Assembly: GCA_007375995.1 (NCBI GenBank)
Contig: VMFK01000001.1
Location: 1 to 43,043, forward strand
Source of the DNA: Parcubacteria group bacterium Gr01-1014_56
GTDB lineage: Bacteria > Patescibacteriota > Minisyncoccia > Phycocordibacterales > SBAW01
Direction of reading: 5' to 3'
DNA length: 43,043 nucleotides
Notes under the pieces: model-generated
Told to the model about the DNA's origin: nothing
What the model saw: only the letters and a program-made list of their open reading frames with translations
Databases searched by the model: none
Program-made: the position numbers and the translations under genes
In this document: piece after piece, positions 42,849 through 43,043 of the stretch
Position numbering within the stretch: position 1 is the first letter of the stretch
Layout: every line of letters begins with the position of its first letter

Positions 42849-43043
42849 AGAGGGGGATACCAGATATCCCCCTCAATTCGCATTCTTTTTAGAATTGATT
42901 CGAAAACATTCTCACAAAAAGTGAAGCGTCAGGAATGAGATTTTGCTTTCAAAAAAAGGGGATACCGTATCCCCGTCGTTTTTGATTATTTTCGGAAGCG
43001 ATTCAAAAACATATTCATAAGAAGTAAAGACTGTATGTGGCTT
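42849..43043 (+). repeat. Tandem repeat of about 105-108 bp (two copies, the second cut by the window end)
   Basis: Each copy has a GGGGATA...TATCCCC hairpin (42849-42873, 42957-42973) and a GATTC(G/A)AAAACAT..TCA.AA.AAGT.AAG block (42895-42925, 43000-43031). Confidence 0.5.

Noticed and set aside
42780-43043. CRISPR array at the right edge
   Set aside because: The repeat period is about 105-108 nt rather than 60-75 nt. The repeats are degenerate and include a separate hairpin block. Only about two units are present, and there are no cas genes in the window.

Overview
This 43-kb window looks like a chromosomal segment from a small-genome bacterium. The gene content, short RNase P RNA and tRNAs without encoded CCA suggest a Patescibacteria/CPR-like organism, but that is inference only. 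All calls come from reading the ORF translations and the DNA by eye; no database search was run, and RNA ends are about +/-5 nt.

Most of the window is housekeeping:
- Proteins: ftsZ (3' part), trxB-like, NUDIX, tsaD, valS, Hsp20, lepA, murJ, htpX, lemA, groES-groEL, secG, RNase J, msrB, lexA, metK, cyclophilin.
- RNAs: 7 tRNAs, RNase P RNA, and a SAM-I riboswitch upstream of metK.

Main findings:
1. The 2.26-kb tsaD-valS gap holds a divergent IS110/Piv-like recombinase ORF. At least eight copies of one regular RNA module surround it (closing stem, 12 nt, mini-hairpin, 12 nt, closing stem). Stems co-vary, the 12-nt strands diverge, and GNRA loops plus G-U pairs place the RNA on the same strand as the ORF. 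I read this as a bridge-RNA-like guide system with an unusual three-loop, multi-unit layout.
2. valS carries an apparently intact histidine-phosphatase (PGAM-type, RHG...SHG) domain nested between the two CxxC pairs of its zinc knuckle.
3. lepA contains a perfect 21-bp/21-bp palindrome as an in-frame 15-codon insertion.
4. The last 15 codons of rnj are duplicated 0.87 kb downstream with only synonymous changes. The two copies bracket a low-GC cassette.
5. A low-GC gtrA/GT2/GT-C glycosylation island has its GT-C gene split by a single in-frame TGA.

Smaller observations:
- Co-varying 3' trailers on the two tRNA-Ser genes.
- A secreted Asp/Gly-repeat protein behind a consensus promoter.
- A sortase paired with an LPNTG substrate.
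- Palindromic operator candidates.
- Tandem repeats at the right edge of the window.
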